From Cycas panzhihuaensis (taxonomy: Eukaryota > Plantae > Cycadophyta): a DNA stretch of 64,000 bases. Shown here one piece after another: positions 36,582-50,528 of the stretch. The first letter of the stretch is position 1, and the number at the start of each line of letters is the position of its first letter. The stretch is taken from assembly GCA_023213395.1 (NCBI GenBank), contig CM041465.1, positions 252,223,741 through 252,287,740 on the forward strand, in the 5' to 3' direction. The position numbers and the translations under genes are program-made. The notes beneath the pieces were generated by a model that saw only the letters and a list, made by a program, of their open reading frames with translations, had not been told where the DNA came from and searched no databases.

Positions 36582-39500
36582 ATGGCGAAACTAGCAAGTG
36601 TAAAGTTTGAGGTGGAGAAATTCAATGGCAAGAACAACTTCGAGTTGTGGAAGCTAAAAGCGTCTGATATTCTTGTATAGCAGGGTTTGTACAAAGCCCT
36701 TGCAGGCAAATCGAAGAAACCCGCAGGGATGGACAATGATGAATGGGATGATTTAGACAAAAAGGTACTTAGCACAATACAATTGTGCTTGGCGGATGAA
36801 GTCTTGTTTAACATCGCAAGGGAGCATACAATGACGAGGATTGTGGACGGTTAGAAGGCACATATATGACCAAATCGATGTGAATTGAATCTACCTAAAG
36901 AGGTAATTGTACTCGTTACGGATGAAGGAAGGTACAAAAATTGCTAACCATTTAAATATTTTTAATACTCTTATTTATCAATTGACTAGTATCAATATTA
37001 AAATTGAGGATGAGGACAAGACTGTTACCCTGTTATGCTTATTACGAATCACAGGATAATATTGTCACCTCAATTAGTTTTAGCACTCTGGATGAATTAT
37101 AATATGATTTTGTTGTGAGTGCTTTACTAATGGAAGAAGTGCATAGGAAGTCTAGTCTTGAAACCTCCACACCAGAAGCCATGACATGAAGGGGTAGAAA
37201 CGTTTGAGAGAGGACAAAACTCAAGGGATATATCAAGGTCCAAGTCAAAGAGCAAAAAGAGTAAGCTCAGGTGTTGGCATTGTAATAAGACCGATCACCT
37301 CAAGAAGGATTGTTACAAAAGGAAAGAGTTCTAGAAAAAGGAAGATCCTACCAAGGAGGTGAATCAAGTGGAGTCAAATCAAGGTATGGATGATGATGTC
37401 TTGGTCGCTTGTAATATTTCTCATTATCACCATGATTGGTTATAAGATTCAGGTCCTTCACACCACATGTGTCCACACAAGAGTTGGTTCTCATCATACC
37501 AACCTCTTGATGGTGGTGACGTGCTTATGGGAAATGAAGTTTTTTGTAAGATAGTGGGCATTGGTAGCATCAGAATTAAGATGTTCAATGGGGTAGTCAG
37601 AACATTGGCGAGGTTAGACATGTACCTAATTTGACAAGAAATCTGATTTCCTTGGGTGAATTAGATTCGAGTGGTTTTAAGTATACAGGTCATGAAGGAG
37701 TCCTAAAGGTGTCAAAGGGCACTTTGGTTGTTATGAAAGCCTTAAAGAAAGGAAATATTTATATTTTAGTGGGAATGCGGATGTCGATGACACGGTGTCG
37801 AAAGGCGCAAAAGATCACTTTCGCCTATGCTCGACTATGGCATCGAGACTTGGGCACATGAGTGAGAAAGGACTTAAGACGCTGATAAACCATAAGTTGC
37901 TTCCTAACTTGCAGCTTTTAGATTTGGCTTTCTATAAATATTGTGTTTTGGAAAATAGTATAGACTCAAGTTTAAAGCAGTCACACTAGTAAAGGCGTTC
38001 TAGATTACATACATTCGGATATATGGGACCGACCCTAAAATATCTTGTGGAGGATCATTGTATTTTGTCACATTTATAGATGATTACTCCAGGAAGGTAT
38101 GGGTCTATTTTTTGAAAAGGAAATCTGAAGTTTTCAGTGTGTTTAAGCAGTTCAAGGCTTTAGTTGAGAACAGTACTTGTAAGATAATCAAATGTTTAAG
38201 AACTAACAATGGAGGTGAGTTCAACTCCTTGGAGTTTTAGAACTATTGCAGAGAAGTTGGGATCGAAAGACACAAGACCACTAGCTATACTCATGACAAA
38301 ATGGCATTATTGAGCGCATGAATAGGACACTCTTGGAAAGAGCAAGAAGCATGCTAAGTAATGTAGGAGAGGAGTAGGGCTTGTGGGCAGAAGCTATTCA
38401 AATAACTTGCTATCTGGTAAACAGGTCACCATCACTTGCAATAGATTACAAAATTCCTGAAGAGGTATAGACTAGACATCCATGTCATTATTCAAATTTA
38501 AAAGTTTTTGGTTATGATGCTTATGCCTAGACTGACAAAAGTAAATGTTCAAAGTTAGACCCAAAATCCAAGAGATATATCTTTGTTAGTTATAGTGACA
38601 AGGACGGTGTGAAGGGATCCAAGTTGTGGGATCCTACTACCCACAAAATCACCATTAATAGAGATGTCATAATTAATGAATATCCCCTTGTAAAATTAGA
38701 CAGTGTAGAAGCTGAAATGAAACAGGAACAACACGATGAACATCAACAAGTTAAGTTTGAAATGCAGCCATCTATGGAATCAGATGAGCATGAAGATCTT
38801 TCTGAAGATGAATCGATGGGCGATTCATAGGAGTATGTGGACACTCCTCTACCAGCAGTTAGAAGATCTACACGAGTTAGTCATCCACAGCGGTATAGCC
38901 CTTCTATTTCTATTGCTTTAGTTTCTAATAATGGTAAGCCCACATGTTATCAGGAAGCAATAGATAATATCCATGGAGAGAAGTGGATAAGGGCTATGCA
39001 GGAAGAGATAGATGCCTTGAAGAAAAATAATTCATGGGACTTGGTAGAACTTCCACATCGCAGGAAGATTGTTGGTTGCAGGTGGGTTTTCAAAAAAAAG
39101 CAGATGTTGATGGAAAGGTTGATAAATATAGGGCAAGGCCGGTGGCTAAAGGTTTTGCACAAAAACAAGTATTGACTTTCATGAGATCTTTTCACGGTTG
39201 TTAAACTTGTTGCAATTCAGTGTTGTTAGCATTGGTAGCTTCTCTCGATTTGGAGTTGGAGCGATTAGATGTAAAACAACTTTTCTACATGGAGATTTAG
39301 ATGAGGAGATCTATATGGATCAACTAGAAGGGTTTGTACAAGATGGTAGGAAAAGACTTATTTGCAGGCTCAGGAAATCATTGTATGGTGCAAGCGATCA
39401 CCTGAGACATTGGTACAAGAAATTTGATGCCTTCATGGAGAGCCAAAATTTTAAAAGAAGTGAGTATGATTATTGTGTCTACTTTAAATTTATGAATAAT

Positions 39501-42500
39501 GGCTTATTCATTATCTCAGTTATATGTTGATGACATGCTGTTTACAAGCAAGAGCATGGAAGAAATCAATAAGCTAAAGGCTCAATTGGCTAGGACTTTT
39601 GATATGAAGGATCTAAGAGCTACAAAACAAATCTTAGGTATGGAGATACACAGAGACAGGAAAGATGGTAAGCTATGGTTATCACAGCAGAAATATATAG
39701 AGAAGGTGCTAACTAGGTTTGGTATGGCAAATGTGAAACCCATGAGTATCCCATTGGGTTCCCACTTCAAGCTTTCTTCAAATTTGAGTCCTAGTAGTGA
39801 AGAAGAAAAGGCTTATATGTCTCATGTGCCTTATGCCAGTCTGATGGGAAGTTTGATGTATGCCATGGTATGTACAAGACCTGATATTTCACATGCATTC
39901 GGTGTAGTTAGCAGGTTTATGGCAAATTCAGGAAAGGAACATTGAAATGATGAAATGGGTGCTTCGGTATTTGATAGGCATGAGTGACTACTACATCACC
40001 TTTGGGGGTACAGGTAATCAGGTTTGTGGATATGTCAATTCAGACTTTGCAAGAGATTTAGACAAAATAAGGTCTACTTCAGGTTACGTTTTTAATCTTA
40101 CAAATGGTCTAGTTAGTTGGAGGTCCAAATTGAAAAGCACAATTACACTGTCAACCACGGAAGCTGAATATGTTACTGCAGCACATGCTTGTAAAGAAGC
40201 AATCTAGTTACAGGGTATATTGGTTGAGATTGGAAGGAGACTGAAACGCTCTCCACGGGGCAATGATCCAACGCCTAGCGGGAAGGACACAAAACCACAG
40301 GGCTAATAGGCTAAAGAACGAGGATCATACCTCATGGACGTCCGTCTTGTGCCGAGGCGGAGTGCAGGGCTGCAAGGTGCTGGTTGCTTCTAGGTAGCCA
40401 AGGCGAGACCCTCCTACCTTCGGATGGCGGGAAGGGGAAAAGGAACTTCACGCCGCTACTTCTCAAGGCAATGAGAAAGCGGCGAAGGGTAACCAACCAA
40501 GCGTGTCGCAGTAAGATATGTGCAAGAGCGGCTAAAGGGAATCGGTCAAAGAATCTCGAGACACTATAGTGTGCGGTGTAGCAAAGAAAGCGCACGTAAA
40601 GCAAATGTAAAGCAAAGAGCAAGTACAAAATAAATAGTTATTTCTTTTCCTTTTCCTTATATTTCTCTAACTAAAGCAAGCGTAAAGAAAGCGTAAGAGC
40701 GAGAAAAAGGAGTATGAAGGGTGAGCGGAGAATACTGATCCGTGGTTGGTGACGCAGTGTCAGTCCGCAGTTGCGCTTCCTCCGTCGTCCTCCTCGTATG
40801 CGACGTCGGTTGCAGCGGTGATGGGGATCACTTACCTCCCAAAGCAAATAAGCACTAACTAAAGCGAAATGATGAAAATAAAGCTCAAAGCGGCATATAC
40901 AAAGGGAAAACGTACCAAGCAAGTGTCGGCCGTGATGGGTCGACCTTATGCGTCCTCTCGTCCCGAACGCTCCTGCAAGCAAATAAGCGGAATACCTTCC
41001 TCTCGAAAGAGAGGCCACGAGATGCCAAAAGATATATGTATATATGTTGCAAGTAAAGCGAACTAAGTTTAAAAGATATGGCTAAATTCTAACATGCAAT
41101 GAAAGAAGCAAAGTCACACGATAAGCATGCCAAGGTCACATACCACAAACGCACCCCAAATGGGGTTGAGTATAGCCTCGGGATGGCTAATTCACCCACG
41201 AGAGGTCTCCACAGGATGTAAGGGAACGATGCTAGCATGCGACAAAAGATCATGGGGCAACGGGTGGCGTATGCCAAGGTAAACACTCAACCGATTCTCA
41301 AGCCTCTACAGCCCTACTTCTTAAGCAAAAGCGGAAAATGAAGGGGAGAGGAAAAGGGACGGAACCCTTGGGGAGTAGGGCAGAATGGGGGCGGAACCGC
41401 CTAATCTCCCTCAAACCCTCGTGTAACCCTTTATCTTGGGTTTGCCCAAGAAATGGCGAAAGAGAAGGATGGGAGAAGAAGGGTGAGTGGAAGAAAAGAA
41501 TGGGAAACTAAGCCTATCCTCGGGTGACACTCTAATAAGCCACAAATACTATGGTTCCTTGCATCAACATTAAGGGGAAACCAAGAAAATGCATATATAA
41601 AAGGAAGCAAAGAGTTGCAAGTGAAATAATACAAAAAAAACAAGCAAAAACACCAAAGAAATGACACCAAATACCTCAAATGATGAAGGAGGAGTGCATG
41701 TGAGCACTTGGCAACTTGGAGCAGCGGTCCAAGAGATGCTTATGAAGCAATGTAGCATGTCCCTTGCAAGAGAGAGGAGTGGTGGAGCCTCATGCAAAAA
41801 GGTGAGATGGAAATGGTTCCTTGATGGTTTTCTTGGTGCAAAATCCTCTTGGAGGCCTTCAATATGTGTGAGGAGGAAGAGTGCTTGTATTGGAGCTCGT
41901 GAGGGGCGTGATGGCCACTGTATCTCCAATGATAGCAGCCCTTGGTGCCTCATCCCACAATTTGTTGAGAGGTGTCTCTTGTACTTGTTTGTTTGTCTTG
42001 TCTTTTGTGAAGAAAACTTGAGAGGAGAGTGAAGTAGAGAGTAGAAAAATTCATTCAATAATGAGGCAAATGAGTGAAAAAGCGTTTTTATGTCTCGAGT
42101 GAAGCAAGTGAGCGTTGGGGGCCTCGGGCGCCTCAACTGGTTAGGAGCCATGGCGATTCACGAAAAATCGCGCCATCAGCGTGTTTCTTTTAAATTTTAA
42201 GCAGTCGTCATGACAAACTTAAGCGATGTGGCCATGGAATTCAAGCTTAGCTTAGTTTCCGTGATGCAAACAAAAAAAAAACAGAAAATTAAAGTAAGAA
42301 ATCAGGTTTCTAAGGTAAAATCACAAGTTAAACACAAAATACATTAGTCAAGAGCGGGTTTTAGGTCATGGGCATGTACTCAAGCGGTGCAAAAGACCTA
42401 ACTAAGGGTTAAACCAGGCTTAGAAAGGGTTTGCAACATAAGCGGCCTTGTAACACGCATAAGCAGTGGCAAAAGCATCCGAAAGACCATGGAGCGTCGT

Positions 42501-42976
42501 GGGTGGTTGTGCATATACGGGTGTCGCATTCGATGAATGCCCCATTGTGAGTCGTCATAGGCTAAAAGGTCTTAGGCACATGCATAATGAACAAGCAATC
42601 AAACAGGTGCATATGGACAGGCACATGTCAATCAAACCATTCCCAATTACTGCAGCGATCATAAGTAAGCAAAGTGAAAACATATACCTGCACAAACCTG
42701 TGTCGATCGTCCGAGTCCATTCGATGGCAGGAAGCGAGACAGGAAAATGTAAAGGTATTTTGTGACAGTCAAAGTGCCATTTACTTAGCCAAGAATCTAA
42801 CTTATCACAGTAGAATAAAGCATATTGCTCTTAAGTACCATTTCGTTAAACAGGTTATGGAAACAGGTGGAGTGGCACTTGAGAAGATTCACACCAATCA
42901 TAATTATGCTGATATATTCACAAAACCAATACCAGTAGAGAAGTTCAAATGGTGTTTGACTTCTCTTGGCTTGTAG
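36582..42976 (+). pseudogene. Copia gag-pol polyprotein, disrupted by stops, frameshifts and the solo-LTR insertion
   Basis: Colinear gag-PR-INT-RT-RH motifs across the ORF fragments. Confidence 0.9.
40242..42735 (-). mobile_element. Solo LTR (about 2.5 kb) of an Ogre/Tat-like family inserted in the Copia RNase H
   Basis: TSD GAGAC (40237-41 and 42736-40); removal restores EIGRRQENVKVFCDSQ. The ends TGAAACGCTC / CAGGAAGC resemble the LTR at 46182-48629 (TGAAATGCTC / CAGGAAACA), which has a similar length. Confidence 0.85.
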
Positions 42977-45900
42977 AAAAGATGATGAAGGGTCCAGGAA
43001 AGGCACCGGGTAATTGTTGTCAAGGTGGAGATTGTTGGGTATTGTGACAACAATTATGGGGCTAAAATTATGGCATGTTTTCGTGATTTCCTCCTAATCT
43101 TTCTCGGGGGTTCGAGGGGTGGGAGCCCCCTTGGCCCGAAATCTTGAGGGGCATGGGCGCCCCCTAAGAGGGTTCGGGCGATGGCCCCGACTTCAAAAAA
43201 TTGGCCATGTAAACCTTATCAAAATGTAAAGAGAATCAGGGTCGTTCGATACAAATACCCTAGATTCTATGGTTGAGATTTAGGTCTTGAATGTTCCTCT
43301 CATGTAGCACGTTTTAGGGATTTTCTTATTATGTTGTAATGTAATGCAATGTAACTGTGATGAGGGTGGCAACTGATTGTTATTCCAGAGAGCACTCTGT
43401 AACTATGATGTACTATTTCTCCATTCTACAGCAATAAAGATCGATATCTTTCCTGTATGGATGTTTCCCTAGCACACTGCTAGGGTTTTACCACGTTGTA
43501 TTGGGTGCACATGTGATGTTTGGCTTTCATTTTCTTATTATTGTATAATCTTTGATTTTAGAACTTGCATGTAATTTTAAGTTTCGATTTCTGTAACTAG
43601 TTGTAAGAATGCAATAGATCTTGGTGGCGGTTAAAGGGTTGGGACCTTGTATTCTCAACATAAGTGGTCTCAAGTAATTAGATGATCCTCTTACCCTTAT
43701 TATTAGGATGAGAAGATGTCACATTTTGAGCCATTGGGCTCGAAGGGGATGAAGTATTGGCAAGTTCTTTACCCTTGATTCGGTTTGACAAGGGGGGAGG
43801 AGGAGGGTCTCTCCTCTTATTCCTCATTTATCTATTTTTTTGTTGTCCCCCTTGATCTTGTTCCTTATGGTTTGCGAATGAATCTTGATGGATCAGATGC
43901 TCCAAATTAGGTTTGGAAGTGCCTTAGGATGGGGGGTCACATGGCGGTGCAAGTTTAGGGTGTTGTTTCCAATACCTCAAATCATCGCGGGTGCACTCAC
44001 CATGAATCAAGCACCACCTCTTTTTAGGAAGGGGCCTTGTCCTCTTCCCTTGAGGAGATTGGGCACCTTCATTCTTAGGTACGGGTGTTTGGGCAGTTTG
44101 ATGAACCTATCAGTAGCCTTATTGTGGAGTGTGTGGATTAAATATAGGCTGGGTTAGTTACAACTTTAAATCTCATATCATCTGCTCAAAAGAGTAAATG
44201 ATAGAAGTGAGTGGGTCCAAGGTCTTATCAATTATTCTACGAGAGATCCTAGAAGGTTGTTAAGTTCCTTGTTGGTCATATTATGGAGGTAATGCCTTGT
44301 GATGCTATGAGTTTCTAGGAATCCTTTTGAGACCAGCTTGGATCTCGATGGATTCCAATGTCAAATATTTAGCTATGGCAAACTCATAAGTAGTCACATC
44401 TATTTTGAGGACTTTCACATATATCTCAGGATGCAATGCATTCATGAAGATGTCTCTCTTCAACCCCTTCAATAACGTGGCCTTAGAAGAGTGAACAAGG
44501 TCATGGAATCATCAAACAAAGTCACGATTCAATTACTTGTGGCCTTGCTTAAGCGAAGGAATGACCTTCATCCCACTTTCAAAAGGTTGACCTACATAAA
44601 AGTAGTTGATGAAGGCATCAACTAACTGTTGAAACATGGATGTAAAGTGGGCAGGGAGATAGTAAAACCACTTTAATACATCTCCTTGAAGTGACCTAGT
44701 AAATAGTTTTATAAGGATATGGATGTATGCCCAATAATCTATGTATACCATGGCAAATGCCCTAATATGGTCTGTGTGGTCTTGGGAGGAAGTGTCGTTG
44801 AATTTAAGCACTTCAAGTGGACGAGGAGATAAATTTGTTCATAACATCTCTACAGACAAGGGGGTCAATCAGTAATCGACAAAGGGGCAAACCCCTGGCT
44901 AGGATAGTGGATCAATTGGGGCATAAGTGGGTGTGGAATAAGGATATCCTCCTCTAGAGTATGGTTAGTAGGAGAGAGACACATAGGAAGCATGTCCCTA
45001 CTAATATAGAACATAAGGGGAAGGGGCAAACAGGGTCCCCAATTGATAGGAGGGAATGTGCCTCAAATGAGGGTGTATGGCATAAGGAGGTAGGTGAGGA
45101 CCCCTTGACCCACCTTAGGAGGTGTTGCATAAGCTAGTGGGATGTGGGATTATGTACTTGTAGGAATAGAGGCATGGTAAGATGGGGCATGCTAGACTAT
45201 GTATCCCCCTTAAGAGGGGGCAACAGGTGACATAGAATAAGGAGGATATGGTAGGGGGGTTTGACTAAAGGGCCCCCTATAGGAGGGGCAACCCCATAAG
45301 GGTGAAGAGAATCTACCTCGTAGGTAAGAAGGGGGTTTGAACCCCTATGCCCCTAAGGTTATGATGTATGCCTTGGGGGACATGGAGGTATAATAAAAGA
45401 AGTGATGGGCGGGGTTATGATGGGTTGAGGGATGGTTGTTTACCTTGGAGGACTTGTGCACCTTGGGAAACCTCTTTATTTAAAGGGGCACCTGCAACCA
45501 TTAGTGTGAATGCGGTGGCAGTAAAGGAGATTAAAGGTATGGCTTCAGTAGAACTCACAGATGAAGTAAAGAGAAGTTGGCTAGTAGCTGCCTCGAAATA
45601 CTCCCTTAATACTTCTACCATGTCACTTGGTGGAGTATGGTTTAGGTCTTGAGAAGAGGTATACTCTCTTGGAAGACCAGAATAGGTAAGGAGGGGAGAA
45701 AGAGCCTACTCAGGATAGTTAACAAGATCTATGGGTTTCCCCCCTCCTATGATATACACAGGGGGAGGCAAAGGGTCTTGATAGACCTTTGGTTTCTCCA
45801 TGGCATGATAGGATGGGTTCCCTCCAATATGGATAGGGTCCTCATACAGGTAAGGGGCCTCAATATGAGGCCAATCGGGGCATATAAATCGTATGCCCAT

Positions 45901-46160
45901 TCTGGTGGATACCCCTCCATCAATGACTCTTAGTAGAATGAGGCGATGGAGGAATAAGATGGTTCTACTTCCAATGGAGGCAAGTTATATAAGTAATGAG
46001 AGAAACATTGCATTCATGGAATGACTAAATTTGCTTGGGAATAGAGGTGGAGAACAAGGGTAAGGGGTATGTAGATTATTATTCAATACCCTATTTAACC
46101 CTAAATGTGAGAGGGGTATGCATGGAAAGTCCAAAAGGTTTCAAAGCTTTCCAAATGGCA

Positions 46161-46180
46161 AGTCCCCAGTATGGTCGCTA
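46161..46180 (-). other. Primer binding site, tRNA-Arg type (Ogre-like)
   Basis: Minus strand TAGCGACCATACTGGGGACT vs typical TGGCGACTCCACTGGGGA, immediately inside the LTR end. Confidence 0.7.
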
Positions 46181-46181
46181 G

Positions 46182-48629
46182 TGAAATGCTCCTAATAGTG
46201 ATGACCTTATAGCTAAATAATGGTAGACCTAGGTTGTGAGACCTACACATATGAAATGAGTCATAAGATGTCAATGTAGGGTGCCTATGTGCTATTAGAG
46301 TGTGCATGTAAAGGGAGTCATTCCTTTCTACCTAAGAGGCTAAACTAAGGGCATCCAAGTAAGGGTACATGTGCATCAAAGGGAATGGGTGACTCTTGGA
46401 TATCAAATGATACCTATGGCAAAATGAGGATGTGTAACCTACTCCTAAGATGCAATTACATGCTTTTTCAATTTGGGTGAATGTACTTAGCCTATTCCTA
46501 GTGGGGTTTATATTCTACCCTTATAGATTCAGGACTCGTGTTAGCACAGTCCCTCTTCATGTTTTGGATTTAAAATCTAGTATGTAATCTATTGGCTCAA
46601 TCCCCTACTTTAGAAAATGTAATGTAATGTAAGTGGAAATGCAGATAAAAAAAATGCAACACAAACAATCTTTTCCTTTTCCTTTTTTTTTTTTCTCTAT
46701 TTTTTTATATGGAAGAAAAGGGAAGGGAGGAAAAAGGGTGATAGGCAAATTAACTCAAATCCTTTTTCTTTCCTACTTTCTCTCTCTCTCTTTTCTCTTT
46801 CTTTTTTTTTGTTTTAGTTTAGGGAAATAAAAGGGAAAAAGTGGGAATAAGAAAATAAAGAATTTCTTTTTTTTTCTCTTGCTTTCCTTTAAAACGCAAC
46901 TAATGAGAAACGATAAACTAAAAAGATAAGGTGTACCTAGGAAAATAGAGGTTGGAGCAGTGGTAACTTCCTTCCAATAAACCACGATGTCCTTGGTGCT
47001 ATTAGAAAGAAATAGAGCTAACACTTACATGCTCCTATAGGGATTTTGGTAGCATTTCTGCTTATCGAAAACCCTTATGATTAAAAAAAAAAAAAAAATG
47101 CAAAAGGTGCAAAAAAAGCTTTAAAATAAAATGAAAGAGAAGGGATATATAACTTACCTTTTGAATGATCATTGATATGAGAATTGTTGCAATACTTGCA
47201 TGATAGAAATTGATTGAGAATTTCACCAACTTCTACCTCCTTCCTATAAACACATTAGTTTCCTACAAAGATAGCAAAGAGCTATAATATCCCTAATGGA
47301 AATTACCACATGTAGCTCATAAAATGATGTAAGTTCAAAGCATAAAGGAAACATTATAAAATCAATGAGCATAAAAAGAAAGATGAGTGGAGATGGGGTG
47401 CCTCATGATGGTAATCGTCCCCTGATATGTTTGGTTCTATAAGTTATACTTAGGAAACCTCCCAAACCTTGTAACTTTCCCCAATGGATCAGTCAAGAAA
47501 CAAGCACAAGGAATCAAGAAGAGACTCTACTCATAAAGGTAAATGAGATGATGACAAACAAAAAAATCCACTAGCATATCACCATTAAGAAAATCACACA
47601 ACATGGCATGATCAAGATGAAATAAGGAGAATGAAGGTCACCTCAAGCATAGGTGAGTGGATTACCCATACCTTAGTAAGGGAATGATGGCTAATGGCTA
47701 CTAAATCTTCCTCCCAAGGATCCTCCAATAGTTCTTAGATGTTTGCTCCTAACCTCCCAAATGATAGTTAGTTATTTACACCAAATGCTAAAGTTCTAGC
47801 AGAATTTCAACAACATAATAGTAGGATTTCTCTTACATAATGGTCTTCTCCCTTCCTTTTGAAAAAGGAAGGGATTTTATAAATGAAATAGAGTGAAGGA
47901 TTGGTGGTTTTCAACCCACAATATAGGGGAAACTATCAACCTAAAAACCATGAGTCATGTTCATGGTTTGAGAGATTTTGATATGAAAAGAACAAGAAAA
48001 TGTGAGGTTTGAGATATATTTAGCCCCCCAACACTAATACGAGCCAACCTTATGCTGATGCAGCTTGTTAGGTCTAAAATTTGGCCATTACTGATCTAGT
48101 TCTCACTATTAAACCTGAATCTAGGTTGGTGACAATTGTATCACAAATTTCTTTGTGGTACTACAAATATGTTTGTAGCACCACAAAATACTTCGTTGTG
48201 CCACTAATGTAGACAAAAATTAGGGCAATAAAGAAACAATTCTATTTTTCACCAACTTCCCCTCAAACAGTCAAATAGATTCACTAATGACAGGTCTTAT
48301 AAGCATTAATCAATAAGTATTGGATGAGAAAAGGGTGAAAATGAAGCCAAACAAGATGAAAGAAATGATAATAAGTCAAGAAATGAGTTGTATGTGGTCA
48401 GGGAGGCAACTTTTCTAATCTAAGAACATCAATGGGTGGACATAAGGGGTATGGACCAAAGTCTCGATTGACATAAACATACACAAGGGGCATGGATCAA
48501 CCATCAAGCATGTACCAACCACACAATCTCATATATAAATCAATAAAGAGTGAAAAAGGGCAAGAAACATACTTACACTTACCTTATTTGGTCAAGGATC
48601 CACACCTCATTCCCAGAAGCCAGGAAACA
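46182..48629 (-). repeat. 5' LTR of the Ogre/Tat-like element (about 2.45 kb)
   Basis: TG..CA ends, adjacent PBS, termini similar to the solo LTR. Confidence 0.7.
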
Positions 48630-48789
48630 TACCCATCCTTACTTTACATAACTCATATGTAGATTATATGGCATGTATTAACAATTCTATAGAAGGCATT
48701 AATGGGATGTTCATGTAGAATAGAAAGGAAATTTTCTATGGGTCATAGAAATTAAAAGGCATGACATAAATTATCTAACACATAACTTA

Positions 48790-50450
48790 GAGTTGGTTAA
48801 AACTATGTATAGATTAAAAATATGGAGATATCATTTACTAGGTAAGAAGTTTAAGTTAAGAACCGACTATGATAGCTTCACATGTCTTTCTACATAATTA
48901 TAGTTGAATGTGAGATAAAGAAGATGGATGGATTTTCTATCCAAGTATGACTTTGGCTTAAACCATATTAAGGGGGCAAAAAATAAAATAAAATTACTAA
49001 TACACTCAATTGTGGGAGCCATATCACTTCTTTTGATATTGCTCAACTAGGATTAAGAGCAACTATAAATCAAAAGCTACTTAATGATGTGTGGTGTAAG
49101 AAGGTGAGGAATACCTTAATAATCAATAGGAAAGTGAATAGGTGGATGCAATATTATCATATACATCTATATATTACTACTTATCAAAAGATGGATTCCT
49201 CTTGTTTTGACAATGAATTTATATTCCAAATGATATTGCAATAAGAAAGTTAATTATAAAATAAAGTTCATGATGCTCCATATGCAAATTATTAAAGATA
49301 TTAGAAGACTTATATGACTATAAGGAATAATTAGTTTTGGCCAAGTATGAAGAGGGATATAGTAGATTATACCTCTCATTACTTATAATTCTAGGAGGTT
49401 AAAATAGAATATAAATATCGTAGTAGATTAATATAATCATTGGAAATTGTAGAATGGAAATGGAAGAATGACTCTATTATGATAGTGGTTGATAAGCTAA
49501 CAAAATCTACTTGCTTTATTCATATGTAGTTGACACATAAAGTGATTAATATAGTAATAATTTTCATGAAGGAAGGAATGTAACTACAATGAATTGTTAA
49601 GGTATTTATTTATAGCAAAGACACTAATTTCACATCCTAATTTTGGCAAGAAATGTTGAATGAGTTTGGAATTAAATTAAAGTTTGCTACAACATATCAT
49701 CCTAAGACAACTGGATAAATAAAACAAGTTAATTAGGTGTTAGAAGATATGTTAAGAATGTATATAATAGAATAACAATCAAATGGAAAGATTACTTACA
49801 TGTGATAGAATTTACTTATAAAAATAGTTATCATTCATCCTTAAGCATTAGTTAATTTGAAACATTATATATGTAAACATATAATACATCCTTGAGTTAG
49901 GAATATTTGGAGGATATATATATTACTAGTCTAAAATTATTGCAAAAAGTAAAAGAAATGGCTAACATAAAAAAAAACGTTTGAAGGATGCACAAGACAC
50001 ATATAAAAGTTGTATCAACTTCAAAATGGTAGTACAAGTATTTAATATTAGGGATCACATATTTCTTTATATGAAACTAAGAGAAAACTCTTTGAAGTTG
50101 AGAAAATGTAAGACACTAGTAATAATATACTATGGACCATTTGAGATCTTGAAGAGGATAAGATCTGTTGTATATAGGCTTGCATTACCATCTAATTTAT
50201 GTGTGTATGATGTACTTCATATTTCACTATTAAAGAAATATATACATGATCCTAATCACATTATTGATTAGTCTATTATTTGCGTAGAACCTAGAATGAA
50301 ATTTTATGTGAGATCCATTCATATATTAAACCAAAAGATAAAGATATTATGGAATTGAGCCATAAAGTAGGTCAAGGTCTAATGGAGATATATGGGACTT
50401 AATGAACAAACTTCAAAGCTTGTAGAATGTATGCAATAATAGTACCACAA
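48790..50450 (+). mobile_element. Highly decayed Ty3/gypsy chromovirus (Tekay/Del-like) RH-integrase-chromodomain fragment
   Basis: WRYHLLGKKFKLRTD, RRWMDFLSKYDF, YGPFEILKRI..YRLALP..HISLLKKYIHDPNHII, and chromodomain-like KV*WRY. Confidence 0.85.
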
Positions 50451-50452
50451 TC

Positions 50453-50528
50453 TATATATATATAGATAGATAGATAGATAGATAGATAGATGGATGGATG
50501 GATGGATGGATGGATGGATGGATAGATA
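50453..50528. repeat. Compound microsatellite (TA)n-(GATA)n-(GATG)n
   Basis: Directly visible. Confidence 0.95.

Larger units (their letters stand above)
35891..43660 (+). mobile_element. Full-length Ty1/copia element, Tork/Tnt1-like, with a nested solo LTR
   Basis: LTRs 35891-36511 and 43033-43660 (TG..CA); TSD CAAGT/TAAGT; PBS TGGTATCTGAGCC; PPT AAGGTGGAGA; gag KFEVEKFNGKNNFELWK, integrase YFVTFIDDYSRKVWVY, RT LYVDDML, RNase H CDSQSAI. Confidence 0.95.
29493..48629 (-). mobile_element. Large degenerate Ogre/Tat-like (OTA, non-chromovirus) Ty3/gypsy element, interrupted by a Copia
   Basis: 5' LTR 46182-48629; Arg-type PBS; gag (LFTRSLQGDVLKWF, about 44680); protease about 35150-35500; RT about 33000-33950; RNase H 32520-32950; integrase about 31250-32480; 3' repeats. 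No matching 3' LTR or TSD identified. Confidence 0.85.

Noticed and set aside
40332-42765. ORFs within the 2.5-kb insert as captured genes
   Set aside because: No recognisable domains; termini, length and TSD indicate a solo LTR.
43661-43674. PBS-like AAGTGGTCTC after the Copia 3' LTR, suggesting a tandem element
   Set aside because: It is the TSD plus resumed Ogre gag sequence; no Copia gag follows.
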